Below, piece after piece: positions 63,411-64,000 of a DNA stretch of 64,000 nucleotides. The DNA is from Candidatus Omnitrophota bacterium (GTDB taxonomy: Bacteria > Omnitrophota > Gorgyraeia > Duberdicusellales > 4484-171): contig JBAWWL010000005.1 in NCBI GenBank assembly GCA_037146775.1, positions 33,848 to 97,847 of the forward strand, written 5' to 3'. The translations under genes and the position numbers were made by a program. Each line of letters begins with the position of its first letter. The first letter of the stretch is position 1. A model generated the notes under the pieces. The model was not told the origin of the DNA and did no database searches. It saw nothing but the letters and a program-made list of their open reading frames with translations.

Positions 63411-64000
63411 ATGAGTAGAATATTCAGCGATATTACAAAAACTATAGGGAATACTCCGTTAGTAAGATTGAATCGTATTGCACAAGGGTTAGAGGCAATA
63501 ATACTTGTGAAGTTAGAGTCTTTCAACCCCTTATCAAGCGTAAAAGATCGCATCGGCGTTGCTATGATTGAGGATGCCCAAAAGAAAGGAGTTCTAAAAA
63601 AGGATTCAGTGATCATTGAGCCAACTAGTGGCAATACCGGTATCGCCTTAGCATTTGTAGCAGCTTCCAGGGGGTATCGATTAATTTTGACCATGCCGGA
63701 AACCATGAGCATTGAAAGAAGGCAGCTACTTTCTATTTTTGGAGCGGAATTAGTTTTGACTCCTGGTACTGAGGGTATGCGAGGGGCAGTAGCGAAAGCC
63801 GAGGAGTTGGCTAAAACCATTCCCAATGCGGTTATCTTGCAACAGTTTGCCAATCCGGCGAATCCGGAAATCCATCGTAAAACTACCGCCGAAGAAATTT
63901 GGCGGGACACTGACGGTAAGCTCGACTTTTTTGTTGCCGGCATAGGTACCGGAGGCACTATCACTGGCGTAGCCGAAGTGCTCAAGAAAAAGAAAAAAGA
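63411..64000 (+). CDS. cysK: cysteine synthase A (O-acetylserine sulfhydrylase), 3' end outside window
   Basis: Not in the ORF track (no stop in window). SVKDRIG (PLP-Lys), [10 protein letters not shown] and [10 protein letters not shown] motifs. AAGGAGAGG SD. Confidence 0.85.
   Translation, partial: MSRIFSDITKTIGNTPLVRLNRIAQGLEAIILVKLESFNPLSSVKDRIGVAMIEDAQKKGVLKKDSVIIEPTSGNTGIALAFVAASRGYRLILTMPETMSIERRQLLSIFGAELVLTPGTEGMRGAVAKAEELAKTIPNAVILQQFANPANPEIHRKTTAEEIWRDTDGKLDFFVAGIGTGGTITGVAEVLKKKKK

Noticed and set aside
63371-63985. 204-aa minus-strand ORF at the right edge
   Set aside because: Antisense shadow of cysK. The plus strand carries textbook CysK motifs ([27 protein letters not shown]). 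The minus ORF has no motif and Ser/Ala-rich composition.

Overview
This 64 kb window looks like chromosomal DNA from an anaerobic, diderm (Gram-negative-type) bacterium with roughly 41% GC. Genes are densely packed and almost all on the + strand. The only minus-strand genes are hup, an AsmA-like gene, a GH94-like gene and ispH.

Gene content, in order along the window:
- **Left edge:** an L,D-transpeptidase fragment, accA, a PadR regulator and a lone receiver domain.
- **Type IV pilus / MSHA-like locus (2.3–16.5 kb):** a catalytically dead GGDEF protein that keeps its I-site, a standalone two-motif MshEN c-di-GMP receptor, two PilB-type ATPases, PilC, two tandem pilins, PilMNOPQ and an ExeA/GspB-like pair.
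- **RNA-modification and radical-SAM block:** RlmN, an RsmB-like methyltransferase, a PflX-like radical SAM, a B12-binding radical SAM, a DPPF-motif methyltransferase and an MnmA-like PP-loop ATPase.
- **Envelope genes:** DedA, AsmA, a TonB-dependent receptor, a porin, a thioredoxin–CcdA fusion and a DUF1573 protein.
- **Unusual radical-SAM/membrane cluster:** an unknown radical SAM with a NIL-like partner, an orphan AmmeMemoRadiSam-type radical SAM, a DsbD_2-like protein and a membrane-fused spermidine-synthase-like protein.
- **Complex-I/group-4-hydrogenase-like (Ehr-type) module:** six genes; the large subunit lacks all four NiFe-ligating cysteines.
- **Redox-stress genes:** Rrf2–ferredoxin–hcp, rubrerythrin and OsmC.
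- **Translation, Fe–S and sulfur metabolism:** arfB, nifU–nifS, a second Rrf2, a DUF2292 protein, metY and cysK.

Non-coding highlights:
- A strong c-di-GMP-I (GEMM) riboswitch candidate with tandem intrinsic terminators, upstream of a ribbon-helix-helix protein and a secreted protein.
- A dispersed family of tandem heptanucleotide repeats (GWCAGAR) at five loci. Two inverted arrays of it bracket a 23S-IVS-family four-helix-bundle gene wedged between the pilB paralogs.
- A phased GATTACAC repeat array inside the Ehr operon.
- A hairpin-rich, GC-elevated candidate structured RNA upstream of the Ehr operon.
- Several sigma70-type promoters with embedded palindromes.

No rRNA, tRNA, CRISPR array or transposase was recognised.
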